Notes: generated from the letters alone by a model not told the origin. Positions 1 to 10,288 are shown, counted from the stretch's first letter. The stretch is 64,000 nt of DNA from an uncultured bacterium (GCA_905215505.1 CAJMPU010000013.1:670-64669); one strand, 5' to 3'. Translations and numbers: made by a program.

Positions 1-2
1 AC

Positions 3-779
3 AAGGAGACCGGCATCAAGTGGCCGCTCGCCGACTACGCGCTGCTCCCCAACATGGCTATCGTCGACGCCGACAACTGCATGACCGCCCCGCGCGGCCT
101 GACCGCTGCCTCCGGCATCGACGTCATGACCCACGCCATCGAGTCCTACGTCTCCATCATGGCTTCCGACTACACCAAGGGCCTCTCCGAGCGCGCTGCT
201 AAGCTCGTCTTCGAGAACCTGCCCTCCAGCTTCACGAACGGCGCCAAGGACCCGCATGCCCGCGAGGAGATGCACAACGCCTCTTGCATGGCCGGTATGG
301 CCTTCGCCAACGCCTTCCTGGGCCTCAACCACTCCATGGCTCACAAGCTCGGCGCCTTCCATCACCTGCCTCACGGCCTCGCCAACGCCGTCATCCTGAC
401 CCGCGTTATGCGCTACAACGCCGCCGAGGCTCCCGTCAAGATGGGTACCTTCTCCCAGTATCCTTACCCCAACGCGCTGCACAACTACGCCGAGATGGCC
501 AAGTACTGCGGCATCGAGGGCAAGGACGACAAGGAGGTCTTCGAGAACTTCATCACGAAGCTCGAGGAACTCAAGGACTTCATCGGCGTCAAGAAGACCA
601 TCGCCGACTACGGTGTTGACGAGCAGTACTTCCTCGACACCCTCGACGAGATGACCGAGCAGGCATTCAACGACCAGTGCACCGGCGCAAACCCGCGCTA
701 CCCGCTCATGAGCGAGATCAAGGAGCTCTACCTGGACGCCTACTACGGCCGCGAGCCTCAGGACTACGCCGTCTGCTAG
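3..779 (+). CDS. adhE: Bifunctional acetaldehyde-CoA/alcohol dehydrogenase, C-terminal Fe-ADH part (5' end outside window)
   Basis: Frame open from window edge (KETGIKWPLADYALLPNMAIVD). Fe-ADH motifs GIDVMTHAIE, AFLGLNHSMAHKLGAFHHLPHGLANA and DQCTGANPRYP are typical of AdhE. Confidence 0.9.
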   Translation, partial: KETGIKWPLADYALLPNMAIVDADNCMTAPRGLTAASGIDVMTHAIESYVSIMASDYTKGLSERAAKLVFENLPSSFTNGAKDPHAREEMHNASCMAGMAFANAFLGLNHSMAHKLGAFHHLPHGLANAVILTRVMRYNAAEAPVKMGTFSQYPYPNALHNYAEMAKYCGIEGKDDKEVFENFITKLEELKDFIGVKKTIADYGVDEQYFLDTLDEMTEQAFNDQCTGANPRYPLMSEIKELYLDAYYGREPQDYAVC

Positions 780-796
780 TTTTAGCACGGTTTTTA

Positions 797-835
797 ACGG
801 CGGGGGTGCACGGGTGTTTCACACACCCCCGCCGT
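797..835 (+). other. Intergenic GC-rich hairpin between adhE and kinase gene
   Basis: ACGGCGGGGGTG ... CACCCCCGCCGT 12-bp inverted repeat with no clear downstream U-tract. Confidence 0.6.
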
Positions 836-867
836 CGCTTCTATCGCATCGTTGAAAGGATGCAACC

Positions 868-1632
868 ATGCTGCTACCCGATTCCAAGACCGAGCTCGTC
901 CGCCGTGGCAACAAGGTCGTTTACGACCTGGGCGACAAGATCGTCAAGGTCTTTAACGAGACCAAGCCTGTCTCCGACGTGTTCAACGAGGCTTTGAATC
1001 TTGCCCGCATCAATGAGTGCGGCATCCGCAGCCCCAAGGCTCTCGAGGTTTCCCAGCTCGAGAACGCCAACGGCTGGGCGCTCGTGACCGAGAAGGTTCC
1101 GGGCACCACTCTTGCCGAGAAGATGACTGCTGAGCCCCAGCGCTTTGGTGAGTATCTCGAGATGTTCGTCGACCTCCAGATCGAGATCCACGGCTATACC
1201 TCCCCGCTGCTCAACCGTCAGCGCGACAAGTTCGCCCGCATGATCGACAGCCTTGATCAGCTCAATGCCACCACGCGCTACAACCTTCAGGAGCGTCTGG
1301 ACGGCATGACCAAGGAGTTCAAGGTCTGCCACGGCGACTTCAACCCCTCCAACGTCATCGTCGGCGACGACGGCCAGCTCTATGTGTGCGACTGGGCACA
1401 CGCCACCCAGGGCTCCCCTGCTGCCGACGTTGCCACCACCTACCTGCTCTTCGCCCTCAACAGCAAGGACCAGGCTGAGGCCTACTTGGAGCTCTACTGC
1501 GACCGCGCCGACATGCCCATGCAGGTCGTGCGTCAGTGGACGAGCATCGTCGCCGCTTCCGAGCTCGCTCGTAAGCGCAACGTGAACGATGAGTTCCTGA
1601 AGAACTGGATCGAAGTCGTCGATTATCAGTAA
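868..1632 (+). CDS. Aminoglycoside phosphotransferase / choline kinase-like phosphotransferase
   Basis: Brenner motif CHGDFNPSN, CDW motif, VKVF lysine; SD GAAAGGA upstream. Confidence 0.8.
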   Translation: MLLPDSKTELVRRGNKVVYDLGDKIVKVFNETKPVSDVFNEALNLARINECGIRSPKALEVSQLENANGWALVTEKVPGTTLAEKMTAEPQRFGEYLEMFVDLQIEIHGYTSPLLNRQRDKFARMIDSLDQLNATTRYNLQERLDGMTKEFKVCHGDFNPSNVIVGDDGQLYVCDWAHATQGSPAADVATTYLLFALNSKDQAEAYLELYCDRADMPMQVVRQWTSIVAASELARKRNVNDEFLKNWIEVVDYQ

Positions 1633-1664
1633 TATCTGAGCGATTTATTTCGCATCGGAGGCAC

Positions 1665-1705
1665 AAGAAAACCCCGCAGCTCATATGGGCTGTGGGGTTT
1701 TCTTT
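1665..1705. terminator. Bidirectional intrinsic terminator
   Basis: AAGAAAACCCCGCAGC...GCTGTGGGGTTTTCTTT between convergent genes. Confidence 0.8.
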
Positions 1706-1732
1706 ACCCATCGAGTTTATTCCAACAAAATA

Positions 1733-1773
1733 GACTGCTCCGCATCTCTTCCTAAGAGAGATACGGAGCAGTC
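1733..1773 (-). terminator. Intrinsic terminator downstream of proS
   Basis: GACTGCTCCG...CGGAGCAGTC stem followed by TATTTTGTT on the minus strand. Confidence 0.65.
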
Positions 1774-1804
1774 CCGCAATTACATCTAATAGCAGAAACG
1801 TCGA

Positions 1805-3526
1805 TTAACGGCGGGCCGCCTTAACAAGCTCGGCAACCTTGGCGACGACCTCGTCGATCGCCACGTCCTCACGCTCGCCCGTGGCACGGTCCTTGAGCTC
1901 CACAGTACCATTCTTGAGGCCACGCTTACCCAGAACGACCTGATACGGGAAGCCCATGAGGTCGTTATCGGCAAACTTAAAGCCGGGACGCTCGTCACGG
2001 TCATCGACGACAACCTCGATACCCTCGGCGCACAGGCCCTCGACGATTTGGTCGCAAACGTTAGCGCACTCCTCCTTCTTGGGATCGAGCGGAATCACCG
2101 CGACCTCGTACGGGGCAACGGAGACCGGCCAGACGATGCCGTGTTCGTCGTTGTGCTGCTCCACGACGGCAGCAAGCGAGCGGGACACACCAACGCCGTA
2201 GCAACCCATGATAAGCGGCTTCTCCTTGCCGTCCTCGTCCATAAAGGTGGCGCCCATGGCCTCGGAATACTTGGTACCCAGCTGGAAGACCTGCGAGACC
2301 TCGATGCCGCGAGCAGCAGAGAGCGGCTTGCCGCAGTGCGGGCAGGGATCGCCGGCAACGACGGTGACCAGATCTGCCCACTCATCGACGGTAAAGTCGC
2401 GCTCGGGGCAGGCACCGGTAAAGTGATAATCGACCTCGTTGGCACCGCAGGCCCACTGCTTGGACTCGCGCAGGCTCTCGTCGCACACCAGACGGATGCC
2501 CTCGGGCAAGTTAACCGGTCCGATAAAGCCCTTGTGCAGACCGTAGGTCTGGAGCTCCTCGTCCGTCATCATGCGATAGCCCTTGCCAAAGACGTGCTCG
2601 GCCTTGCAGTCATTGAGCTCGTGGTCGCCCGGGACAATGGCCACGACTGGCTTGCCCTCGGCATCGATCAACGCCAGCGACTTTCGCGTACCGTTCTCGG
2701 GGAAGCCAAAGAACTTGGCAACGGCCTCGATGGTGCCCATGCCCGGAGTCTCGACCTTGGTGAGCGTACCGTCGCCGGGGCCCTCGGTCACGACGACCTT
2801 GGTGCTTGCCGCCTCGTCATCGGCAGCAAAGCCGCAATCGTCGCAGTAGACCAGCGAAGCCTCGCCGGCGTCGGCCAAAGCCATGTACTCGACGGAGGTA
2901 ACGCCACCGATCTCGCCGGAGTCAGCGACAACGGGCAGAGCCTTGATGTAGCAGCGCTCGCAGATGTTGGCGTAGGCCTGCTTCATCTTGTCGTACTCCT
3001 CCTGCAGACTCTCCTGCGTGGCGGAGAAGCTGTAGGCGTCCTTCATGATGAACTCGCGACCGCGCATCAGGCCAAAGCGAGGGCGGAACTCGTCGCGGAA
3101 CTTGTCCTGAATGTGGTACAGATTGACAGGCAGCTGCTTGTAGGAACGCAGCTCATTGCGCACCAGGGCCGTGACGGTCTCCTCGTGGGTGGGGCCCAGC
3201 ACGAACTCGCGACCATGACGGTCGTCAAAGCGCACAAGCTCCTTGCCATAGGCATCGATACGGCCGGACTCACGCCACAGCTCGGCGTCGACCATAATGG
3301 GCATCATGAGCTCCTGAGCGCCCGCAGCGTCCATCTCGTCGCGCACGATGTTCTCGATCTTGCGAATCGAGCGCCAAGCAAGCGGCAGGTAGGAATACAG
3401 GCCGGCGGCCTCCTTACGGATCATGCCGGCACGGAGCAGCAGGCGGTGACTGGCGAGCTCGGCGTCCGCCGGATCCTCTTTAAGCGTCGGCGCATAGAGC
3501 TTAGACATATACATTGCTCGGGTCAT
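1805..3526 (-). CDS. proS: Proline--tRNA ligase (bacterial type with editing domain)
   Basis: SHRLLLRAG, LGPTHEE, KFRDEFRPRFGLMRGREFIMKDAYSF, MGCYGVG motifs. Confidence 0.97.
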   Translation of the reverse strand: MTRAMYMSKLYAPTLKEDPADAELASHRLLLRAGMIRKEAAGLYSYLPLAWRSIRKIENIVRDEMDAAGAQELMMPIMVDAELWRESGRIDAYGKELVRFDDRHGREFVLGPTHEETVTALVRNELRSYKQLPVNLYHIQDKFRDEFRPRFGLMRGREFIMKDAYSFSATQESLQEEYDKMKQAYANICERCYIKALPVVADSGEIGGVTSVEYMALADAGEASLVYCDDCGFAADDEAASTKVVVTEGPGDGTLTKVETPGMGTIEAVAKFFGFPENGTRKSLALIDAEGKPVVAIVPGDHELNDCKAEHVFGKGYRMMTDEELQTYGLHKGFIGPVNLPEGIRLVCDESLRESKQWACGANEVDYHFTGACPERDFTVDEWADLVTVVAGDPCPHCGKPLSAARGIEVSQVFQLGTKYSEAMGATFMDEDGKEKPLIMGCYGVGVSRSLAAVVEQHNDEHGIVWPVSVAPYEVAVIPLDPKKEECANVCDQIVEGLCAEGIEVVVDDRDERPGFKFADNDLMGFPYQVVLGKRGLKNGTVELKDRATGEREDVAIDEVVAKVAELVKAARR

Positions 3527-4609
3527 TTATTTCTCCTCAATAAGCTTGTCGACCTCGGCCATAAGCGCGTCGACAATTTGGTCCTCAGCTACTTTACCAA
3601 TGATCTGGCCATGCGAAAAGAGCAAGGCCTGACCACGTCCGCAAGCAACGCCCAGGTCGGCATCGGAAGCCTCGCCGGGGCCATTAACGGCACATCCCAT
3701 AACGGCGATGGAAAGCGGAGCGGTATAGTTCTTAAGCCGCTCGGTTACTTCCTCGGCGATAGGAATCAGGTTAACCTGACAGCGGGCGCACGTAGGGCAC
3801 GAGACAATCTCGGGACCGCGGCGACGCAGGCCCAGCGACTGCAAAATTCCCCAGGCGACCGGCGGCTCCTCGACCGGATCGGCCGTGAGCGACACACGCA
3901 TGGTGTCGCCAATGCCCTCGGAAAGCAAAATACCCAAGCCTACAGAGCTCTTGATGGTGCCCTGGAGCTTGGTCCCCGCCTCCGTCACGCCCAGGTGAAG
4001 CGGAACGTGGGGAATCTCACGTGACAGGGCTCGATAGGTATCGAGCGTCGTTTGCACGCTATGGGCCTTGGCCGAAAGCACAATGTTCGTAAAGCCGCGG
4101 TCCTCAAAGTGCTTGACGAAGCGCTCGCTCGACATCACGAGCTTTTCGGGCTGCGTGAGGTCTTCGCGCTCGGCGATATCCTGCTCAAGCGAGCCCGCGT
4201 TCACGCCAATGCGAATCGCGCACCCAGCGGCGCCCGCGGCATCGATCACGGCATCGACCTTGGCCCAATCGCCAATGTTGCCGGGATTGATGCGGAGCTT
4301 GGCGGCACCGGCCTCAACGGCACCAATGGCGAGCTTATGGTTAAAGTGGATATCAGCGACAATCGGCACCGGAGACTCGGCACAGATGGTGCGGAAACCC
4401 TCAAGCGCGGCCTCGGTGGGCACGCTCACACGCACGATATCGCAGCCAGCCTGCGCCAACGCGCCCACTTGCGCAAGCGTTGCCTGGGCATCAGCGGTGT
4501 CGGTGCAGGTCATGGATTGGACCACCACCGGCGCGCCGCCACCGATCTGCACACCGCCCACATGCACGGGGCGCGTCAACTCGCGAGGCAAAGGATGGGA
4601 TAAAGACAA
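3527..4609 (-). CDS. ispG: 4-hydroxy-3-methylbut-2-en-1-yl diphosphate synthase
   Basis: VQSMT, ADIHF, RINPGNIG, HLGVTEAG, SCPTCAR, MGCAVNGPGE. Start re-called to TTG at 4609 (SD GGGGAG). Confidence 0.95.
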   Translation of the reverse strand: MSLSHPLPRELTRPVHVGGVQIGGGAPVVVQSMTCTDTADAQATLAQVGALAQAGCDIVRVSVPTEAALEGFRTICAESPVPIVADIHFNHKLAIGAVEAGAAKLRINPGNIGDWAKVDAVIDAAGAAGCAIRIGVNAGSLEQDIAEREDLTQPEKLVMSSERFVKHFEDRGFTNIVLSAKAHSVQTTLDTYRALSREIPHVPLHLGVTEAGTKLQGTIKSSVGLGILLSEGIGDTMRVSLTADPVEEPPVAWGILQSLGLRRRGPEIVSCPTCARCQVNLIPIAEEVTERLKNYTAPLSIAVMGCAVNGPGEASDADLGVACGRGQALLFSHGQIIGKVAEDQIVDALMAEVDKLIEEK

Positions 4610-4622
4610 TCCAAACACTCCC

Positions 4623-5984
4623 CTACAGAATAAATCGAAGGATGTCGGAACGAAGCATATAGACAAACAGCAGCGCAAAGAGCGCGATGCCCACATAGCT
4701 CACAATCGTCTGGACCTTGAGCGGAAGCTCGCGGCCCGCAATCTTTTGAATGATCTCGATGACCAGCTTGCCGCCATCGAGTGGTGGGATGGGCAGCAGG
4801 TTCATAAAGCCCAGCGAGAACGAAATGAGGGCGGCAAACGAAAGGAACGTGGCAGGGCCGGCAGCAGCAGCCTGTGAGGACATAACGCTAATACCCACGA
4901 TCGAAGAAGACTGATCGAGAATCTCCATCGTATGCTGCGGCTGGAGCAGGCGCATCACGCCCTCCGCTGTCTGCACGACGTAAGAGAACGACAGGCGAGC
5001 CGACGTGATGGGGTCTAAACGGACCACCTGCGTAGAGGCATACACACCTAGGCGCTCGTCCTCTTTGAGCGCAACCGTGGTCGAATGCTGCTTGCCGTCA
5101 CGCTCGTACTCGATGGCGATACCGTCCTTACCGGCAGCCTTGCCGATGGCATCGTAAACGTCAATCCAGGTAGAGCACGATACTCCGTCAACCGAAAGAA
5201 TCGCGTCACCGCCCTCGATACCCGCCTTGGCGGCAATAGACCCCTCGTCAACCTGACCGATCACGTTGGTATCCATCGGCACGGTGACACCCGCAATGGA
5301 ATAGATACTCATAAGGAGCAAAAAGCCCGTCAAGATATTGACAATAATGCCTGCGAGCAGCATAAAGGCGCGCTTGAGAAAGCCTTGGCCAAGATAGGTG
5401 TGCGAGCGCTCTTGCGCAAGGAACTCGGCCTCGCCGCACGGCAGCTCCCACACATCGCCCTCGGCAGTCGCATGTTCGCGATCGAAACGGCGACCATCAA
5501 AGGTGGTATAGCCTGCCGTGTCTCGCGGCAACGTCTGATATTTGGTGGGATAGTAGCTCGGCGAGGGCTTCTCCCCTTCCTCATACCAGGGCGCGATGGA
5601 GCCCCAGCCCAGCAAAAGGGCGCATGCCTCGAGCACATCCTCCTCGGAAAGCTCGAGCTCGACAGCAAGGTCGGCCACGGTCACGCGACCATGACGATAG
5701 ATAGCCGCGAGCACGCGATCGGCGCACGAAACATTGGTCGGATCCATACCGCAGATGGCAGCGTAGCCACCCAGCAGCAGCGGGGTCACGCCAAACTTGG
5801 TTCCAATGCGACGCGACGTGTAATGGATGTCAAAGCGGCACGGCAGACCCAAAAAGAACTCGGTCACACGGACGCCGCAGGCACGCGCCGCCAAAAAGTG
5901 GCCGCCCTCGTGCAAAAACACGAGGACGGAAAGCATCAGCAGGCCCCAAAAGACCGATGAGAGAACGCTCAGAACAGTATCCAT
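4623..5984 (-). CDS. rseP: Site-2 (M50) intramembrane zinc metalloprotease RseP with PDZ domain
   Basis: HEGGH and NLLPIPPLDGG motifs, PDZ segment, position between dxr and ispG. Carries an unusual insert (see findings). Confidence 0.92.
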   Translation of the reverse strand: MDTVLSVLSSVFWGLLMLSVLVFLHEGGHFLAARACGVRVTEFFLGLPCRFDIHYTSRRIGTKFGVTPLLLGGYAAICGMDPTNVSCADRVLAAIYRHGRVTVADLAVELELSEEDVLEACALLLGWGSIAPWYEEGEKPSPSYYPTKYQTLPRDTAGYTTFDGRRFDREHATAEGDVWELPCGEAEFLAQERSHTYLGQGFLKRAFMLLAGIIVNILTGFLLLMSIYSIAGVTVPMDTNVIGQVDEGSIAAKAGIEGGDAILSVDGVSCSTWIDVYDAIGKAAGKDGIAIEYERDGKQHSTTVALKEDERLGVYASTQVVRLDPITSARLSFSYVVQTAEGVMRLLQPQHTMEILDQSSSIVGISVMSSQAAAAGPATFLSFAALISFSLGFMNLLPIPPLDGGKLVIEIIQKIAGRELPLKVQTIVSYVGIALFALLFVYMLRSDILRFIL

Positions 5985-6009
5985 AAAACGAAAAAGCAAT
6001 CCTTATGGG

Positions 6010-7197
6010 TTAGGAACGGGTTGCGGCGAGCACCTGCGCAGCCTTTTCACGCGCCCACGCATCGATGTCGCGAAGCTGCTCAAACGAATCGACCGCCTGC
6101 ATATCGTGGGCGTCCATGCAGGATTCCACAATGCGATCGATATCGGTAAAGCTGCAGCCATCGTGCAGAAAGGCATCGACGGCGACCTCGTTGGCGGCAT
6201 TGAGCACGCACGGCATGGTGCCACCCGTCTTGCCGGCACGCTCGGCCAGTGCCAGACAGCGGAAGGTATCCATGTCGGCAGCATCAAACGTGAGCTGCCC
6301 CAGCTCGCGGAAATCGATACGAGGCGCCGGGGTATCCCAACGCTCGGGATACGAGAACGCGAACTGGATGGGAATACGCATGTCGGATGCACCGAGATGC
6401 GCCATCACGGAGCCGTCGGCGAACTCGACCATAGAGTGAATCTTGGACTGACGCTGCACGACCACGTTAATGAAATCGAGGTCGCAGTTAAACAGATGCA
6501 TGGCCTCAATGCGCTCTAGGCCCTTGTTCATGAGGGTGGCGGAGTCAATGGTGATCTTGGCACCCATGGCCCACGTGGGATGCGCGAGGGCATCGGCACG
6601 CGTCACGCGATCGAGCTCGTCGCGCGTGCGGCCAAAGAACGGACCGCCCGAGCAGGTGAGCCAAATGCAGTGGGCCTCGCGCGGGTTCTCCCCCAGATAG
6701 CACTGGTAGATGGCGGAATGCTCAGAGTCGACCGGAATAAGCTGGCCCGGTTGCGCCAACGGCATAAGCAAGTCGCCACCGACGACGAGGGACTCCTTGT
6801 TGGCAAGGGCAAGGCGCTTATTCGAGGTCAAGGCCGCATGGCTCGCCTCGAGACCGGCGGCGCCCACAATAGCGACGAGCACGCAGTCGACATCGTCGCG
6901 ACGCGCGAGCTCGCAAACCGCCTGCGCGCCAACACCGAGCTGCGTGCCCTCGGGCAACTCCTGCAGCACGGCGTCATCGCCATGAGCGACATCGGCCACG
7001 GCAACCGCCGGAACCGAGAACTCGCGGGCAGCGGCAACGAGCTCGGAGGTGCTGGAGTTAACGGACAGCGCCGTCACCTGCAGGCGATCGGCATGCTGAC
7101 GGCACACATCGAGTGCCTGGGTGCCGATGGAGCCCGTACAACCCAGGATGGCAACGCGAAGGCGTCCATCGGGGCCATACGTCGTCTGGAAGGACAT
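6010..7197 (-). CDS. dxr: 1-deoxy-D-xylulose-5-phosphate reductoisomerase
   Basis: ILGCTGSIG, LANKESLV, PVDSEH, HPTWAMGAKITIDSATLMNKGLE. Confidence 0.97.
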   Translation of the reverse strand: MSFQTTYGPDGRLRVAILGCTGSIGTQALDVCRQHADRLQVTALSVNSSTSELVAAAREFSVPAVAVADVAHGDDAVLQELPEGTQLGVGAQAVCELARRDDVDCVLVAIVGAAGLEASHAALTSNKRLALANKESLVVGGDLLMPLAQPGQLIPVDSEHSAIYQCYLGENPREAHCIWLTCSGGPFFGRTRDELDRVTRADALAHPTWAMGAKITIDSATLMNKGLERIEAMHLFNCDLDFINVVVQRQSKIHSMVEFADGSVMAHLGASDMRIPIQFAFSYPERWDTPAPRIDFRELGQLTFDAADMDTFRCLALAERAGKTGGTMPCVLNAANEVAVDAFLHDGCSFTDIDRIVESCMDAHDMQAVDSFEQLRDIDAWAREKAAQVLAATRS

Positions 7198-8111
7198 TAC
7201 AGCACGCCTCCGATCATCAAAAGCAGCTGCGCGGTAATGCAGCCAAAGATAAGCGAATCGCTACGGTCGAGCATGCCGCCATGGCCCGGGATAAGGTTGC
7301 CGGAATCTTTGACGCCCACACCGCGCTTGATGCGCGACTCGATAAGGTCGCCGATAACGCCCAGAATGGACACGACCACGCCGCACAGCAGCGCATAGGG
7401 CAGGCTGAGCTTGTAGAAGTGCGTCGCCCACAGGATGAGCCAAATCAAAACCGAGCCCAAAATGCCGCCGGCAAACCCCTCCCAGCTCTTTTTGGGAGAG
7501 ATCTTGGGAACCATCTTGTGCTTGCCGATACGGCTGCCCACGATGTAGGCAAACGAATCGGAGACCCAAAGGGACGCGCAAACGCCCACTGAAAGCAGGG
7601 CGCCGGCAAAACCGGGCACGGCATCGCGCAGCAGCACGATAGCCGACAGCATAAAGCCAGTGTAGATGGGACCCATGAGCGTCACGGCCACATCAGAGAT
7701 GCGGGTACGCGGCGACCAGACATACCAAATGCCCACAGCGAGCATCAAGGCAAAAAGCAGGGCATTCAGCAACATCGAATCGCCCAACGCCGACAGCGGA
7801 AAGAGTACGGCGGCAGCGATACCCATGCGCTCGTTAGCCATCTTGCCATCGAGCCTTGTCATACGGAAAAACTCATAGCAGCACAGACCGCTCATGACAG
7901 AAACAAAGATGGCCGTGGGCACGATACCCAAAACCAGGCACAGGATAAAGACAACGGCGTAGACGATACCGGCGGCGGCACGGGTAATAAAGCCCGCCAG
8001 CCACGAACCGGTGCCGCTCTTTGCTGCAGGTGCTCCCGCAGCGGCAGCCTTGCGCGCAGGCGCCGCCGAAACTGGCGTCTTGGGAGCAGATGCCTTGGGA
8101 CGATCGGACAC
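7197..8111 (-). CDS. cdsA: Phosphatidate cytidylyltransferase
   Basis: ISPKKSWEG and KDSGNLIPGHGGMLDRSDS; multi-TM. Confidence 0.95.
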   Translation of the reverse strand: MSDRPKASAPKTPVSAAPARKAAAAGAPAAKSGTGSWLAGFITRAAAGIVYAVVFILCLVLGIVPTAIFVSVMSGLCCYEFFRMTRLDGKMANERMGIAAAVLFPLSALGDSMLLNALLFALMLAVGIWYVWSPRTRISDVAVTLMGPIYTGFMLSAIVLLRDAVPGFAGALLSVGVCASLWVSDSFAYIVGSRIGKHKMVPKISPKKSWEGFAGGILGSVLIWLILWATHFYKLSLPYALLCGVVVSILGVIGDLIESRIKRGVGVKDSGNLIPGHGGMLDRSDSLIFGCITAQLLLMIGGVL

Positions 8112-8113
8112 GA

Positions 8114-8908
8114 TTAAGCCTCCTCGGTCTTGCTCAGTCCACCAAACCTACGGTCACGGCCCTGATAGGCCAAAATGGCGTCGACAAGGCCCCAACGATC
8201 AAAGTCGGGCCAATAGGTATCGGTGACGTAGAATTCGGAATAGGCCACCTGCCACAGCAGATAGTTCGAAAGGCGCAGCTCACCAGAAGTGCGAATCACA
8301 AGCTCAGGATCGGGAAGGCCGGCGGTATAGAGGTGGGAAGCCACCATGTCGTCATCAATTGCGCCAGGATCGATCTTACCGGCGGCAGCGTCGAGTGCGA
8401 TTTGACGGACAGCGCGGGTAATCTCGGCACGCGCGCCGTAGTTGACGGCAAGCGCCAGCGTCATGCCGGTGTGATTGGCGCACTCGGCAAGACCGCGTTC
8501 AAAAACGTCGCGGGTCTTCTTGGGCAGCGCGGAAATGTCACCCAAAAAGACAACGCGCACGTTTTCGCGCTTCAGAAGCGGCAGCTCGTCGATAAACGTC
8601 TTGGCAAACAGGTGCATCAAGACGTTGACCTCATGCTGCGGGCGGTTCCAGTTTTCGGTAGAAAACGCATAGGCCGAAAGCACGTCGACGCCCAGACGCA
8701 CGCAGGCGGTAATAATCTCGCGAAGGGAGACGATACCCGCCTTGTGGCCCTCGGTGCGTGCAAGACCGCGCGATGTGGCCCAACGACCGTTGCCGTCCAT
8801 GATGCACGAGATATGGTGCGGAATGTTATTGAGGTCAAGGTCGGAAAAACCGACGCCCGCAGGGGCGTCGGCAAAGTACTCGACCAGTTTATGCTCGTCG
8901 TATTGCAC
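8114..8908 (-). CDS. uppS: Undecaprenyl diphosphate synthase (cis-prenyltransferase)
   Basis: IMDGNGRWA, FSTENWNRP, IRTSGELRLSNYLLWQ. Confidence 0.96.
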   Translation of the reverse strand: MQYDEHKLVEYFADAPAGVGFSDLDLNNIPHHISCIMDGNGRWATSRGLARTEGHKAGIVSLREIITACVRLGVDVLSAYAFSTENWNRPQHEVNVLMHLFAKTFIDELPLLKRENVRVVFLGDISALPKKTRDVFERGLAECANHTGMTLALAVNYGARAEITRAVRQIALDAAAGKIDPGAIDDDMVASHLYTAGLPDPELVIRTSGELRLSNYLLWQVAYSEFYVTDTYWPDFDRWGLVDAILAYQGRDRRFGGLSKTEEA

Positions 8909-8909
8909 C

Positions 8910-9446
8910 TTAGATCTCCATGACCTCGGCTTCTTTTTCCTTCAGAAGCTCCTCGACCTTGGCGACATACTCATCGGTGTGCTTCTGGACCTTGGCCTGC
9001 TCGCGACGGACATCGTCCTCGGTGAGCTCCTCATCGCGCTCGAGCTTGTTGTTGAAGTCGCGACGGATGTTACGGATAGACACCTTGGCCTGCTCGGCGT
9101 ACTCGCGGCACTCCTTGACGAGCTCGCGACGGCGCTCCTCAGTAGGAGCCGGGAACGGAAGACGAACGACGGTGCCATCGGAGTTGGGGGTAATACCCAG
9201 ATCGGAAGCGCCGATGGCCTTGACGATAGCGTTGATGAGGGCCTTGTCCCACGGCTCGATGAGCAGCATGTGAGCCTCGGGGGTCTTGACGGCGGCAACC
9301 TGCGTGACCGGCGTGGGGACACCGTAATAATCGACGGTGATGTCGGACAGAATGTTGGCGTTGGCGCGACCGGTACGGACCTTGGAGAAGTTATGCTTGA
9401 GGGACTCGAGCGACTTGTCCATATGGGCGGTGATGTTCTCTGCCAT
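8910..9446 (-). CDS. frr: Ribosome recycling factor
   Basis: RTGRA, VDYYG, TEERRRELVK, IRNIRRD. Confidence 0.97.
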   Translation of the reverse strand: MAENITAHMDKSLESLKHNFSKVRTGRANANILSDITVDYYGVPTPVTQVAAVKTPEAHMLLIEPWDKALINAIVKAIGASDLGITPNSDGTVVRLPFPAPTEERRRELVKECREYAEQAKVSIRNIRRDFNNKLERDEELTEDDVRREQAKVQKHTDEYVAKVEELLKEKEAEVMEI

Positions 9447-9448
9447 GC

Positions 9449-10171
9449 TTAATCCTCCTGATAGACGAGCGTGCCGACGGGCTCACCCGCGAGCGCGCGT
9501 TTGACGGTGTCCTCGCCATCGATGTTGAGGACCAAAATAGGCATACGGTTATCCTGGCACAGGGCCGTAGCTGTGGAATCCATAACCTGCAGGCCGCGAA
9601 CGAGAACCTCGTGATAAGTAATCTTGTCAAAACGGACGGCATCGGCGCACTTGACGGGATCCTTGTCGTAGATGCCGTCAACCTTGGTGGCTTTAATCAG
9701 AATCTCGGCGCCGATCTCGCACGCACGAAGAGCCGCGGCGGTGTCGGTCGTAAAGTACGGATTACCCGAACCGGCGGCAAAAATAACAACGTTGCCCTTG
9801 GAAAGGTGGTTGATAGCGCGACGGCGAATATAGGGCTCGCAGATCTCGTTCATCTGGATAGCGCTCATCACGCGGCAGGGAACATCGTTATGCTCGAAGG
9901 CATCCTGCAGGGCGAGCGCGTTCATAACGGTTGCCAGCATGCCCATGTAGTCGGCCTGAGCACGCTCCATGCCACCGGCAGCGCCTGCCATGCCGCGGAA
10001 AATATTGCCGCCGCCGACAACGACGCCGACCTCATGGCCAACGGTGAGCAGCTCCTTGACCTGCTTGGCAAGATGGTCGGTAACCTTGGGGTCAATGCCA
10101 TATTGGCCGTCGCCCATCAGTGCTTCGCCGGAAAGCTTAAGAAGCACGCGTTTATATCGGATGTCGGACAA
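9449..10171 (-). CDS. pyrH: UMP kinase
   Basis: [35 protein letters not shown] start with AAGGAGG SD. Confidence 0.97.
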   Translation of the reverse strand: MSDIRYKRVLLKLSGEALMGDGQYGIDPKVTDHLAKQVKELLTVGHEVGVVVGGGNIFRGMAGAAGGMERAQADYMGMLATVMNALALQDAFEHNDVPCRVMSAIQMNEICEPYIRRRAINHLSKGNVVIFAAGSGNPYFTTDTAAALRACEIGAEILIKATKVDGIYDKDPVKCADAVRFDKITYHEVLVRGLQVMDSTATALCQDNRMPILVLNIDGEDTVKRALAGEPVGTLVYQED

Positions 10172-10230
10172 AGCGATCCTCCTTTAATTAGACTCTCAAT
10201 ATGATATCAAAGGCTCTGATAAGAGCCATG

Positions 10231-10265
10231 AAAAAGCAGGCTGTGAGTAAAACCCACAGCCTGCT
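10231..10265 (-). terminator. Intrinsic terminator after tsf
   Basis: AGCAGGCTGTG...CACAGCCTGCT stem with T-tract on the minus strand. Confidence 0.8.
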
Positions 10266-10288
10266 CATTACCAGCTACAAGAGCTTAT

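Noticed and set aside
868..1632. Aminoglycoside resistance gene
   Set aside because: Only generic kinase-fold motifs; host-like codon usage and a metabolic, non-mobile context.
2048..4024. Long antisense ORFs (also 10520-12022, 19119-21251, 22719-24530, 47127-49841, 55807-57546)
   Set aside because: Shadows of GC3-biased real genes on the opposite strand, with no recognisable motifs.
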